Source: an uncultured Verrucomicrobiae bacterium (GTDB lineage: Bacteria > Verrucomicrobiota > Verrucomicrobiia > Opitutales > JABDGR01). From it: a DNA stretch of 64,000 nucleotides. The position numbers were made by a program, and so were the translations under genes. This document shows, in pieces, positions 1-11,131 of the stretch. Position 1 is the first letter of the stretch; each line of letters starts with the position of its first letter. Location of the stretch: contig CAVXVB010000005.1 in the NCBI GenBank assembly GCA_963765205.1, positions 288,001 through 352,000 on the forward strand, read 5' to 3'. The notes beneath the pieces are model-generated. The model had not been told where the DNA came from and ran no database searches. It saw only the letters and a program-made list of their open reading frames with translations.

Positions 1-459
1 ATCCAATTCGATGTAGGCGGTGCCCCAATTGTAGATTTCTCCGAACGGCAGCACACTCAGGTCGTTCATTTTTTTGGACATGGACACGGTTTCCCATTTT
101 TCCTGGCCGTTACTTGGGTTGCTGACCCAGCGGGCGTGGCCCGATAAAGCCATCAACAGGTTTTCTTCGGCATAAGGCGAAGCGGAGCCTTGGTCATTAT
201 CCATCGGCGGGTATTCGCCCCACTGCGCCTTGAATTCATTCAAGGCGGTCATGATGATATTCATTTCCGACGAAGCCTTGGCCATGTATTGGTTGCGAAT
301 CACGACACCGGAAATGCTGAATGTAAGCGCCGCCAGAATGCTGATGATGACGATCACCGTGAGCAGCTCCACCAAGGTAAAGCCGGGGCGTTGATGGCGT
401 GGGCCGGGGCGCGCGCCGGTTAGTTGGTGGGAAAATGGGGCCATGGTCGAATGAGTCAT
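1..459 (-). CDS. Prepilin-type N-terminal cleavage/methylation domain protein (pseudopilin-like), 3' end runs off the window
   Basis: Manual minus-strand translation: MTHSTMAPFSHQ...RPGFTLVELLTVIVIISILAALTF..., containing the G|FTLVE class III signal. Open to position 1 and absent from the ORF track. Alternative start at 444. Confidence 0.85.
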   Translation of the reverse strand, partial: MTHSTMAPFSHQLTGARPGPRHQRPGFTLVELLTVIVIISILAALTFSISGVVIRNQYMAKASSEMNIIMTALNEFKAQWGEYPPMDNDQGSASPYAEENLLMALSGHARWVSNPSNGQEKWETVSMSKKMNDLSVLPFGEIYNWGTAYIELD

Positions 460-618
460 ATGGGTAGGGCAGGGGGGATTAACCCTTCGCCTGAGGGTGG
501 CCCAACAATAAGACTTTTCCGTCCCTTGTCCAGCGGCGAGCGTGGCAACCTGCGGTGGGAACCGTCTGCGGGAAATCTTTACATCCGGGCCGCAAGCGGC
601 AATGCTTGTTGGCCAGTC

Positions 619-1050
619 ATGAGCACCCGCGACTTTTCCGAAGTGGTGGACCAGATCCGCAGGGAAAGCCCGCGGTTCGACAAGGGCGCGTATTTCTTTG
701 TCAAACAGGCCCTCGACCACACCCTCAAATCCATTAAACAGGATGGCGAGGCCCGCGCCACTCCCCACGTCAGCGGGCCGGAACTGCTCAGCGGCATCCG
801 CGAGTTCGCCCTCCAGCAATTCGGCCCCCTCGCCTACATCGTGCTTGAGCGCTGGGGCGTGCGCCACTGTGAAGACTTCGGCGACATCGTCTTTCACCTC
901 GTCGAGTATGGCGTCCTCGGCAAAACCGACCAGGACCGGCGCGAGGATTTCACCGGCGGGTATGATTTCCGCGAGGCGTTTGTGCGCCCCTTCGAGCCGG
1001 TGCGCCCGCGCTCGCTGCCGCGCCCGCGGCTGGAGGAGGCGGCCGAATGA
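619..1050 (+). CDS. Minf_1886-family (PVC-specific) hypothetical protein
   Basis: MSTRDFSEVV...AYFFVKQALDHT...HVSGPELLSGIREFALQQFGPLA..VLERWGV...DFGDIVFHLVEYGVLGKT..D...DF pattern typical of this family. ATG at 619. Confidence 0.75.
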   Translation: MSTRDFSEVVDQIRRESPRFDKGAYFFVKQALDHTLKSIKQDGEARATPHVSGPELLSGIREFALQQFGPLAYIVLERWGVRHCEDFGDIVFHLVEYGVLGKTDQDRREDFTGGYDFREAFVRPFEPVRPRSLPRPRLEEAAE

Positions 1051-2495
1051 CCCTTCTGGTGTTATTCACCGGCGTATGCATCGGCAGCATCTTCGGCTTG
1101 CTGCTCTATCTGCCCGCGCGCCGCGAGGCGGTCCAACTGGATGAAGAAAAACAGCACCTTCAGCAGGAGAAACAAATCGTGGTCGAGTTCATGCACAGCA
1201 TGGTCGAGTCCATCGGCGAAGGCCTGGGCCGGCGCGAGTTGTTCCAGCGCATCGTTCACGCCGCCGTGCTCAGCACCGGGGCCTTGAGCGCCTGCGCGTA
1301 TGAGCGTGCCCCCGACGACCAGTTGCGCGGCATCGCGGTTGAGGGCCTCTTTCCGCCCCAGCGCCCCCTGCCCGGCGAAGGCGGCACGCCGCCTCCCGCC
1401 ACCCGCGCCAAGTTTCTCGAACACGTCCTGCGCGCCGAGAACTACGCCCTTGGCGAGGGCCTCATCGGCTCCGTCGCCAAAAGCGGCCACGCCGTCCTCA
1501 TCGCCGACGCCCAGCGCGACCCCCGCGTCATCGTCCACGCCGACCCGTCCCTGGTCGTGCGCTCCCTCATCATCGCCCCGATCCTGTTTCGGCGCGAGGT
1601 GCTCGGCGTGCTCGCCGTGGCCAACCCGGCCGACGAGCGCCCCTTCACCGACCTCGATCTTTCCCTCGTCCAGTCGCTGGCCGAGCAGGCGGCGCTGGCC
1701 CTCCACAATGTCGAGTTGATGCGCATGCAGATCGAGAAGTCCCGCATTGATTTCGACCTCGCCGTGGCCAGCAGCGTGCAGGGCCTGCTGTTACCGCGCA
1801 GTTTTCCCGAAAACGCCGCGTTGCAAATGGACGCCCTCTACCGCCCCGCGCAACAGGTCGGCGGCGATTTTTACGACGTGTTCCCCCTCCCCGGCCAGCG
1901 CGTGGGCGTGGCGGTGGCCGACGTGTCCGGCAAAGGCGTCCCTGCGTCGCTGCTTATGGCCATCTGCCAGACGAACCTGCGGCACTACGCACGCCTCCAC
2001 GATTCGCCCGCCGAGGTACTCCGCCGCGTCAACCGCGAAATGATGGGCGAAGTCCCGGAGAGAATGTATATCACGATGGTCTACGCCATCATTGACACGG
2101 AAAAGGACGAAATATCCCTGGCCCGCTCCGGCCACGAACTGCCCCTGCTTCTGCATCGCGAGTCCGCCACCGGCCACCTCAGCGTCGAAGCTGTCGGCTC
2201 CGAGGGCATGGCGGTCGGCATGGTCTCCCCGGAGATTTTCGACCTCGTCATTACCGACAAAACGGTCCCTTTCCACACTGGCGATGTTTTCGTGCTCTAC
2301 ACCGACGGTGTCACCGAGGCCCTCAGCGCTGAAGGCGCGGAGTATTCGACCGCCCGTCTGGCCGACGCGCTCAAGTATCTCCACCAGCATTCCCCCGCCG
2401 AGATGAACCAGGGCATCCTCGCCAGCGTCGAGAGCTTCGCCGGCGCCGGCACCCCCCGCGACGATATCACCCTCGTCACCGTGCGGCATACCTGA
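1047..2495 (+). CDS. GAF + PP2C/SpoIIE (RsbU-like) phosphatase
   Basis: N-terminal TM, GAF domain, then VGGDFYD, VADVSGKG, YTDGVTE and DDIT motifs. Confidence 0.9.
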   Translation: MTLLVLFTGVCIGSIFGLLLYLPARREAVQLDEEKQHLQQEKQIVVEFMHSMVESIGEGLGRRELFQRIVHAAVLSTGALSACAYERAPDDQLRGIAVEGLFPPQRPLPGEGGTPPPATRAKFLEHVLRAENYALGEGLIGSVAKSGHAVLIADAQRDPRVIVHADPSLVVRSLIIAPILFRREVLGVLAVANPADERPFTDLDLSLVQSLAEQAALALHNVELMRMQIEKSRIDFDLAVASSVQGLLLPRSFPENAALQMDALYRPAQQVGGDFYDVFPLPGQRVGVAVADVSGKGVPASLLMAICQTNLRHYARLHDSPAEVLRRVNREMMGEVPERMYITMVYAIIDTEKDEISLARSGHELPLLLHRESATGHLSVEAVGSEGMAVGMVSPEIFDLVITDKTVPFHTGDVFVLYTDGVTEALSAEGAEYSTARLADALKYLHQHSPAEMNQGILASVESFAGAGTPRDDITLVTVRHT

Positions 2496-2565
2496 ATGGG
2501 CGCGAATTTTGCTACATTTCTTTTAGTTTGTCTCCCCACAATTCTCCGGCAACTTTCCTTGGGTC

Positions 2566-3798
2566 ATGAAACGTCCACGCAAAGTCGGCATCCTGACGGC
2601 GGGCGGCCTGGCGCCGTGCCTGTCCTCCGCCATCGGCGGCTTGATCCAGCGTTACACGCACGTTGCGCCCGACGTGGACATCATTTGCTACGTCGGCGGC
2701 TACAAGGGCGTGCTCGAGGGCAAGAGTTGGCCCGTGACGCCCAAGGTGCGCGATGGCGCACACATCCTGCACATGTTCGGCGGCAGCCCCATCGGCAACA
2801 GCCGCGTCAAACTCACCAACATCAAGGATTGCGTGAAGCGCGGCCTCGTCCAACCCGGCCAGGACCCGCAGAAGGTCGCCGCCGAGCAGCTCGTCAAGGA
2901 CGGCGTGGAGGTGCTGCACACCATCGGCGGGGACGACACGAACACCGCCGCCGCCGACCTGTCCGCCTTCCTCGCCAAAAATGGCTACAACCTCACCGTC
3001 ATCGGCCTGCCGAAGACGGTGGACAACGACGTTTACCCGATCAAGCAAAGCTTGGGCGCGTCCACCGCCGCGGAAAATGGCGCGCTGTTTTTCGACCACG
3101 TCGTCGCCGAGCATGGCGCCAACCCGCGCATGTTGATCGTCCACGAAGTGATGGGGCGCGGCTGCGGCTGGCTCACCGCCGCGACGGCCCGCGACTACCG
3201 CGCGCGCCTCGACACCAAGCAATTTCTGCCTGAACTCGGCCTTTCGCGCGCCGTACATGAAGTCCACGGCGTGTATATCCCCGAGCTGCAATTCGACATC
3301 GCCGCCGAAGCCGCGCGCCTGCGCCACTTGATGGACACGCAGAATTGCGTGAACCTCTTCGTCTCCGAGGGCGCGGGCGTCGCCAGCATTGTCAAGGAGA
3401 TGGAAGCGAAGGGCGAAGCGGTGCCGCGCGACGCCTTCGGGCACGTCAAGCTCGACGCCGTCAACCCCGGCGCGTGGTTCGGCAAGCAATTTGGGGTGAT
3501 GCTCGGGGCGGAGAAAACGCTTGTGCAAAAAAGCGGTTATTTCGCGCGCGCCTCGGCGGCCAACTCCGAGGACCTCGCGCTCATCAAAGCCTGCGCGGAC
3601 CTTGCGGTGCAGTGCGCGCTGGACGGTGTCTCGGGCGTGGTCGGCCAGGACGAGGACCGCGGCGGCGAATTGCGCGCCATCGAATTCAGCCGCATCAAAG
3701 GCGGCAAGCCCTTCGATGTCACCCTGCCGTGGTTTGGCGAGATGCTGGCAAAATTGGGCCAGCCGCTGGGCGTGTCGACCGTCGCTGTCGGCCATTAA
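2566..3798 (+). CDS. pfp: Pyrophosphate-dependent phosphofructokinase
   Basis: TAGGLAPC, IGGDDT (PPi-specific GGDD), PKTVDND and EVMGR motifs. Confidence 0.9.
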   Translation: MKRPRKVGILTAGGLAPCLSSAIGGLIQRYTHVAPDVDIICYVGGYKGVLEGKSWPVTPKVRDGAHILHMFGGSPIGNSRVKLTNIKDCVKRGLVQPGQDPQKVAAEQLVKDGVEVLHTIGGDDTNTAAADLSAFLAKNGYNLTVIGLPKTVDNDVYPIKQSLGASTAAENGALFFDHVVAEHGANPRMLIVHEVMGRGCGWLTAATARDYRARLDTKQFLPELGLSRAVHEVHGVYIPELQFDIAAEAARLRHLMDTQNCVNLFVSEGAGVASIVKEMEAKGEAVPRDAFGHVKLDAVNPGAWFGKQFGVMLGAEKTLVQKSGYFARASAANSEDLALIKACADLAVQCALDGVSGVVGQDEDRGGELRAIEFSRIKGGKPFDVTLPWFGEMLAKLGQPLGVSTVAVGH

Positions 3799-3805
3799 GT
3801 GATCT

Positions 3806-4870
3806 TTAGAATTGTCTTCGCAATTCCTCGACCCACCGCCGATGCGGGCCGGAGAGGGTGAGGCGGGCGAGGCGCGCGGGCGTGGCCCACAGCAACCCGG
3901 CCGATGGGTCTTTTGCCGGGTCGGCGGCCTCCGGCGACAGCGTGGCGCGGTGGATGCTTTCGATAAAGAGTTGGTTGACGATGGTGCGGCGTTTCACCGC
4001 CAGCGGCTTTTTCTCGATTTTCGCCGCGGGCACGGCTGCGGCTTCCGGCAGCTCGCACATTTCCGCCAGACGGCGCGCGGTGGCTGGCCGGCGGTGCAGC
4101 AGCAGTGCGCCATCGCGCTCCACCCAGAGGCGGATCACTTCCGTCCGCGTCGTTTTCTTCGCGGCGAAGCGCGGCAAATCTTCCGCCTCGCCGCGCGCAG
4201 CGGCCACGCACCCCGTCACCAGTGGGCAGACCGTGCAAAGCGGATTGCGCCGGGTGCAGACCGTCGCGCCGAGTTCCATCATCGCCTGGTTGTGGTCGCC
4301 GGGGTTGGCGGCGTCGAGCAGCGCATCGGCGGCGGGGGTGAAGAATTTCACGGCATCCGAGCCGTCCTTGAATTGCCGGCGTTCGCCCAGCAGGCGCGCG
4401 AGCACGCGCACGACGTTGCCGTCCACCACCGCGGCGGGCGCGCCGAAGGCGATGCTCGATATCGCCGCCGCCGTGTAAGGCCCGACGCCCGGCAGTTCGC
4501 GCCACGCCTCCGGCGTGCGCGGCGGCGTGGGCAAGCGCACAAATTCGCGCGCCAGCACATGCAGCAGCCGGGCGCGGCGGTAATATCCCAGCCCCTCCCA
4601 GAGTTTCACCACCTCGGCTTCGCGCGCGGCGGCGAGCACGGCGAAATCGGGAAATTTTTTCAGCCAGCGGTCGAAGTAAGGCAGCACCGTCTCGACCTGC
4701 GTCTGCTGCAGCATGAATTCCGAGACGACGGTTTTGTAAAGGCTTGGCGCCTCGCGCCAGGGCAGGCGGCGGCGGTGCGCGCGATACCACGCCGCCAAAG
4801 CCGCGCGCCGCATGGGCGCGTCGGCGGGCGGCCCGCGCTGCGGGGTTGTGTTTGGCGGCGCTTTCGGCAT
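3806..4870 (-). CDS. mutY: A/G-specific adenine glycosylase MutY
   Basis: LPWR..VSEFMLQQTQV, WEGLGYY.RAR, HhH LPGVGPYTA, VDGNV.RV and Fe-S motif CTRRNPLCTVCPL...C. Start is 4870 or 4813. Confidence 0.92.
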   Translation of the reverse strand: MPKAPPNTTPQRGPPADAPMRRAALAAWYRAHRRRLPWREAPSLYKTVVSEFMLQQTQVETVLPYFDRWLKKFPDFAVLAAAREAEVVKLWEGLGYYRRARLLHVLAREFVRLPTPPRTPEAWRELPGVGPYTAAAISSIAFGAPAAVVDGNVVRVLARLLGERRQFKDGSDAVKFFTPAADALLDAANPGDHNQAMMELGATVCTRRNPLCTVCPLVTGCVAAARGEAEDLPRFAAKKTTRTEVIRLWVERDGALLLHRRPATARRLAEMCELPEAAAVPAAKIEKKPLAVKRRTIVNQLFIESIHRATLSPEAADPAKDPSAGLLWATPARLARLTLSGPHRRWVEELRRQF

Positions 4871-4880
4871 TACTGGGAAA

Positions 4881-5888
4881 ATGTTTACAAGGCAAAAGCC
4901 CGCCGACGGCGACGACAAAAAAACGCGCCGCACCTCCTACACCATCACCCTCACCCCGGAGCAGATGGACAAACTCAAGGCCTGGTGTGATCACCGCATG
5001 TGGTCGTTCTTCCAGGTCGAGCACGCGCGTTTCGCCTTCGCAGGCGATAACGTCAACGTCGTCTGCTACAATTCCGGCAAGTGCGTCATCGCCGGCAAGA
5101 AGACGGAGGACTTCGTCACCTACGTGCTCGAAAATGAAATCACCGGCGACCCGCGTCTGGGCTACGATGAGGTGCATCATCCCGACTGGTTCGAGCCGCA
5201 TGCCGGCCTCGACGAAAGCGGCAAGGGCGATTTGTTCGGGCCGCTGGTCTCGGCCTGCGTCTCCGTCTCGAACGGCGAAGTGGCGCGCGCGTGGATGGAC
5301 GCGGGCGTCAAGGACAGCAAGGCCATCTCCTCCGACGCCGTCGTGCTGCGCCTCGATAAGATGATCCGCGGGACGCGCGGCGTGGCCGTCCAGACCGTCG
5401 TCCCCGGGATGCGCAAATACAACGAGCTTTACCTGAAGTTTGGTTCCAACCTCAACAAGCTCCTCGCGTGGTATCATGCCCGCGCGCTCGAGGCCGCGCT
5501 GCGCGAGCAGCCCGTGCCGTGGGCCCTTCTCGACCAGTTCACCAAGCAGCCGCTTGTCCAGCGCAGTCTGCGAGATACGCCCAAAAATTTCAATCTGCTG
5601 ATGAGAACCAAGGCCGAGTCGGACCCCGTGGTCGCGGCGGCCTCCATCGTCGCGCGTGCGGAATTTGTGCGCCAGATGCATTCGCTTTCCGAAATGGCCG
5701 GCGAGGAACTGCGCAAGGGCGCGAGCGCCGAAGTCAAGGCGCAGGCCAAACGCCTTATTCAAAAATTTGGCCCCGACGCGCTCGGCGATTTCGCCAAGCT
5801 CCATTTCCGCACCGCGTATGAAGCCCTTGGCCTGCCGGTGCCGGAGAAAAAGGTGTGGGTGCGCCGGGGCAGTCCGCCAGCCGCCTGA
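4881..5888 (+). CDS. rnhC: Ribonuclease HIII
   Basis: N-terminal TBP-like region (VVCYNSGKCVIAG) plus GLDESGKGDLFGPLV, GVKDSK, VAAASIVAR and AKLHFRT. Confidence 0.9.
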   Translation: MFTRQKPADGDDKKTRRTSYTITLTPEQMDKLKAWCDHRMWSFFQVEHARFAFAGDNVNVVCYNSGKCVIAGKKTEDFVTYVLENEITGDPRLGYDEVHHPDWFEPHAGLDESGKGDLFGPLVSACVSVSNGEVARAWMDAGVKDSKAISSDAVVLRLDKMIRGTRGVAVQTVVPGMRKYNELYLKFGSNLNKLLAWYHARALEAALREQPVPWALLDQFTKQPLVQRSLRDTPKNFNLLMRTKAESDPVVAAASIVARAEFVRQMHSLSEMAGEELRKGASAEVKAQAKRLIQKFGPDALGDFAKLHFRTAYEALGLPVPEKKVWVRRGSPPAA

Positions 5889-5905
5889 CGAAGGAGGAAC
5901 CCGCC

Positions 5906-6865
5906 ATGCGCAAGGCTTTCATTCGTTTTTTGACCATGGCCGCGCTCGCGGGCGGCCTTGCGGGTTGCGCGACTTCCCCGGCGGACATTTCGCGCTGGGC
6001 CGCGCTGGGCGGCTACGATGCCGTCGCGCGCATTCGCCCCGAGTTACACTCGCCCCAGCCGGCCGTGCGCCAGGCCGCCATCGCCGCGCTCCTGAAAATG
6101 CCCGACGACCCCGACGCCTTGGCCGCGCTAACCTCGGCCACCGTCTGGCCCGACCCGTCCGTGCGCGGCGACGTGGGCGCGGCGCTTTTGTTCAACCCCA
6201 ACGAAGACCTCGACTTTTATTCCATCACCCTCGTCGCCGACCCGGACCCCGCCGTGCGGCGGCAAATCGCGCAGGGCCTCGCCGCCGTGGGCCGTGCCGG
6301 GCCGCTGCGCAACACGCAGCGCGCCGGCGTCTATCTCTGGGGCCTGACCCAGGATCGCGACCCCGAGGTGCGCGCCGCCGCCGCCGAGGGCGTGGGCAGT
6401 TTGGGGTTGAACGACCCGATTGACTTTGCGCTCAACGCCCTGCGCCACGACCCGGAGCCGCGCGTGCGCGCCGCCGCCGCGCGCGGGCTGGGCACGCTCG
6501 CGCGGGCCTATCTTGCCGGCCGAAGTGGGAAGGAAGTAACAGTCGCCAATCCTCCGTCGGCGGATCACGCGCCTTCGCCGACGGAAGCACGCGGCGAGGA
6601 AATTGTCGCGGCGCTTTGCCAGACGGCGCGCGAAGATAAGGGCAAATACAGCGAGGTGAACGCTGAACAAGAACTGTTCTGGACTCGGCGTGTCGAAGTC
6701 ACCCACTGGGTTGCGGCGACGGCGGCGGACGCGCTCTCCGCGCCGGGCGTCCCGCCCCGGGCCGACGTGGCCGCGGCCCTCATGGCCGCCCGTTCGTTGG
6801 GCACGCCTATGCCGCTGCCCGCGCACCTACGCCTCAATCCATTGCATCATCCGGGGCCACTATGA
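5906..6865 (+). CDS. HEAT-repeat lipoprotein
   Basis: AAGGAGG SD, lipobox LAGC, repeated D.DP.VR..AA..LG HEAT motifs. Confidence 0.8.
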   Translation: MRKAFIRFLTMAALAGGLAGCATSPADISRWAALGGYDAVARIRPELHSPQPAVRQAAIAALLKMPDDPDALAALTSATVWPDPSVRGDVGAALLFNPNEDLDFYSITLVADPDPAVRRQIAQGLAAVGRAGPLRNTQRAGVYLWGLTQDRDPEVRAAAAEGVGSLGLNDPIDFALNALRHDPEPRVRAAAARGLGTLARAYLAGRSGKEVTVANPPSADHAPSPTEARGEEIVAALCQTAREDKGKYSEVNAEQELFWTRRVEVTHWVAATAADALSAPGVPPRADVAAALMAARSLGTPMPLPAHLRLNPLHHPGPL

Positions 6866-7623
6866 GCCTTTTGCGATACGACCGCCGCGCGGTGAACGGC
6901 CATTCCGGCTTGGTCGGAGTGGACGAGGCTGGGCGCGGCGCGCTCGCCGGCCCGGTGGTCGCGGCGGCGGTCTGGATTGAAGCGGCGTTTTATGGCGATG
7001 CGCGCCGCTGTCGGGAAGGGCGGGGCATCAACGACTCCAAACAACTCACTGCGGAGGAACGCGCGGAATTTTTTGTTGTGATCGAAAGATGGCGCGCTGA
7101 TGGCGTGGCGCGGGTCGCCGTCGCGGCGGCGGATGTGGCAGAAATCGCCGTGCATAACATCCTCGGCGCAACCCGTCTGGCCATGGACCGCTGCCTGCGC
7201 GAACTGCACGCCGGCGGCGGCGGCCTGCCCACGGCGGACGACGGCCACATGCCGCTCTTTGCGGTGCAAGAGGAGGCATCCGCCGCGCCCGCCCACCCGC
7301 GCGTCCTCATTGACGGCCGGCATTTGCGCCCTTTTTTCTGGAAGCATGAAGGGCTGGTGGACGGCGACGCGAAGTGCTTCGCCATTGCGGCGGCCTCGAT
7401 TATCGCCAAGGTCACGCGCGACCGCCAGATGCAGGCGCTCGACGGCGCCTGCCCCGGCTACGGCCTCGCCAAGCATAAAGGCTACGGCACCCCGGAGCAT
7501 TGGGACGCCCTGCGCCGCCTCGGCCCCACCACGCACCACCGCGCCCTCTTCCTGCGCAAAATGAATCCGGAAAATTCGCCACAGGATGAGCAAGTGGAGT
7601 GGAATTTCGCCGAAACGACGTGA
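6862..7623 (+). CDS. rnhB: Ribonuclease HII
   Basis: GVDEAGRGALAGPV, NDSKQL, IAAASIIAKVTRD and HKGYGT..H motifs. Confidence 0.93.
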   Translation: MSLLRYDRRAVNGHSGLVGVDEAGRGALAGPVVAAAVWIEAAFYGDARRCREGRGINDSKQLTAEERAEFFVVIERWRADGVARVAVAAADVAEIAVHNILGATRLAMDRCLRELHAGGGGLPTADDGHMPLFAVQEEASAAPAHPRVLIDGRHLRPFFWKHEGLVDGDAKCFAIAAASIIAKVTRDRQMQALDGACPGYGLAKHKGYGTPEHWDALRRLGPTTHHRALFLRKMNPENSPQDEQVEWNFAETT

Positions 7624-7742
7624 GTGTTGTGAAGCGAGAATTATGCATTGCCCAAACGGGAGAACCACGGATGACACAGATAGGCACGGATGATGTATAA
7701 GATGTAATGGCCAACGCACCCCCTTGTTGATCCTCCCAAGTC

Positions 7743-8051
7743 TTAATGCCCGTGAGGAAATAACCAAGCCAAAATTGCAACAATAAGTCCAGCCGCAACG
7801 AGTCCAAACGTGAAAATTTCTATCCAACGAGGCTTTTTAAGCTCAGAAAGCTTTTTATCTATATCAATTTGTTGACGAATCGCAATTTCCTTTTGGAGAA
7901 AGGCGCGCTCCTCGGAATTTATAAAGAAATGGTCTGTGGCATCCCACATTTGAGCAATAGTAGCTGTTTTTGCCCATTTTTTCAATTCACTCCAACCGTG
8001 GCTCATTAAGCCTACCAGCCATTCCGGCGCATTTTGATTAAGATTGGACAT
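7743..8051 (-). CDS. Small hypothetical protein with C-terminal TM helix (AT-rich islet)
   Basis: Open frame in low-GC DNA ending ...FTFGLVAAGLIVAILAWLFPHGH. Confidence 0.55.
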   Translation of the reverse strand: MSNLNQNAPEWLVGLMSHGWSELKKWAKTATIAQMWDATDHFFINSEERAFLQKEIAIRQQIDIDKKLSELKKPRWIEIFTFGLVAAGLIVAILAWLFPHGH

Positions 8052-8124
8052 AGAAGTATTGGGCGGCTTTGTGTTTCTTGGTAGCATATAATCAAAATAA
8101 AGCAAGCGGCGTTCCAGCGACTCA

Positions 8125-8869
8125 CTAATTTTTCCAGCCGTATGCATTATCGATATCCGCTTTTGCGGTAGTGCCCTGCGCAGCAAATATTCCTAAGCTC
8201 GCAAAAAACACTGCCGAGTTTCTTGGCCCAAGTGTCGCAGACAAACTCTGTTTGCCGGTGGAAGAATCAAGCATATAGCAGCGGAAGATACGGTCGGTTC
8301 CATCAGGCCGTTGGAACCATAGATCAACACTAGATATAGAATAATCTGAACCATTGTAAATATGAATGAATATCGTTTGCCCATCTCCCGATGGCACAGA
8401 ATTCCAATTATCCAACTTAATTTTCGCAATTTGGTCGGCAGGTAATTGGGCAGGGTTGTTATTGAGTCCACTAAATGTTGGCTGTGAAATTGCTGCATCC
8501 AACTGGACGGCAGGAATAGAATCCCAAATGGCGGTGCTGTTCCAAGTCATCACGATATAGCCTAAACATAACACGCCTAAAGATAATCCAAGTATCCTCC
8601 AAAACTTTCCAATTGTTATGCGTGAATTTTTTTCGTTTTTGATTTCCAACAATAGCCAAGATTCCCAGCGAGCCAATGACGAGGATATTATAAAAGGATA
8701 CAACATCAAAGTATTGGTCAACATAATAGCGAGGGATGCTTTTCAAATAGGTAACCTCCGCAAACCCCGCCGCTATTGCGAGTATCATCACAATTGATGG
8801 AGCGAGTGCCAACCAACGCCATCCTCTTTTCCATGCGGCGATAATCAAGATGATTTCGATGAGGGTCAT
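8125..8869 (-). pseudogene. Hypothetical multi-TM membrane protein split by a frameshift near 8626-8640
   Basis: Frame 1 (MTLIEIILII...LAIVGNQK) and frame 2 (KNSRITIGKFWRILGLSLG...GWKN) join across an A7/A5 tract. Confidence 0.5.
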
Positions 8870-8905
8870 TGGTCGAAGAGATCGAAATTATTTTTGAATT
8901 CCAAC

Positions 8906-9136
8906 TTATATGCCCGCTCCCGCTCTAAGATTTCCCGGCCAATCGCACAGGGTGCCCGCCCGGCGTTCGGCTTCGGCCTCGGCAAAAAGAAAGTCTAGCT
9001 TCCCCGCTGCCGCGTCACGATTCATCTGCTGGGTCCACCCTTCCTGGTCACGCGCCGCGACCCAGGTGGCCAACCGGGAAAAATCCGTCGGTGCCAACCG
9101 CTCAATGGCTTGTTCAATCTCTTCGACTGTTGCCAT
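8906..9136 (-). CDS. Small putative antitoxin-like protein
   Basis: MATVEEIEQAIERL....F..LATW....D...W..QM.RDAAAGKLDFL pattern resembles small proteins usually found upstream of RelE/ParE-like toxins. Confidence 0.55.
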   Translation of the reverse strand: MATVEEIEQAIERLAPTDFSRLATWVAARDQEGWTQQMNRDAAAGKLDFLFAEAEAERRAGTLCDWPGNLRAGAGI

Positions 9137-9228
9137 GATCGAAACCTAGCAAAAGTCCTGCTCCGCTGCAAGCTCAGGTTGCAACGGGGAAAATTATTAT
9201 ACGTCTTTGTTGGCAATGGCTCAATTGC

Positions 9229-9709
9229 CTACACCTTGTTGCTGGTAATGCGTTTTAATGACTTTTCAAAGCGATACTGCTCAAGTAAGTGCATGTTCTC
9301 GTCGGAAAAATTTAGCCCCCATTCTGGCGGCGATTTCTTTCCTCGATAATTGTAATCTTTAAATAACGCATTGGGTTTCCTCCATGCGCTCACTGGAATG
9401 AGATAGTAGTCGCCTTCTTCTCTTTTCTCATCCAAAAAGAGGCCAAGAAATAGAACCCGCTTTTCCTTCATTGGGAATTTTGTTTTGGGAATGAAAAAGT
9501 AGCTTCTTTGACGGCGACCTTTAACCTGAATCTCAAGATAACGACGTTCGAGAAAAACGCACGACGAAATCAAGGCCCTTGTCATCGACATCAGGAATAT
9601 AAATATCAGCGCCAAGTCTCACAAATTCGAGTCGGGCCAAATACTCGACATATATGCCAAATCGATGGGGCGTAAGCTTGGGCCAAGACGGCTTTTTCTT
9701 TGTCGGCAT
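9229..9709 (-). pseudogene. DUF4365-like PD-(D/E)XK nuclease, frameshifted near 9555
   Basis: Manual translation from ATG 9709: MPTKKKPSWPKL..FGIYVEYLARLEF..LGADIYIPDVDDKGLDFVVR, then a shift at a T5 tract into RRYLEIQVKG...PEWGLN. Confidence 0.65.
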
Positions 9710-9751
9710 GAGTCAGCCTTGTTTCATTTTAAACCCAAAAGAGTGAATCGC

Positions 9752-11059
<1,308 letters not shown>

Positions 11060-11131
11060 AAACGGGGGTGGGCGGGAAAGTAGCGGGCCGCATCGCGCGG
11101 GTCAACCCCGCAACAGTATGGTTGGCGGGAT

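Noticed and set aside
2512..5804. Long antisense ORFs (427 aa, 669 aa and many similar in the track)
   Set aside because: Shadows of real genes in high-GC DNA; no motifs, Arg/Ala/Gly-rich
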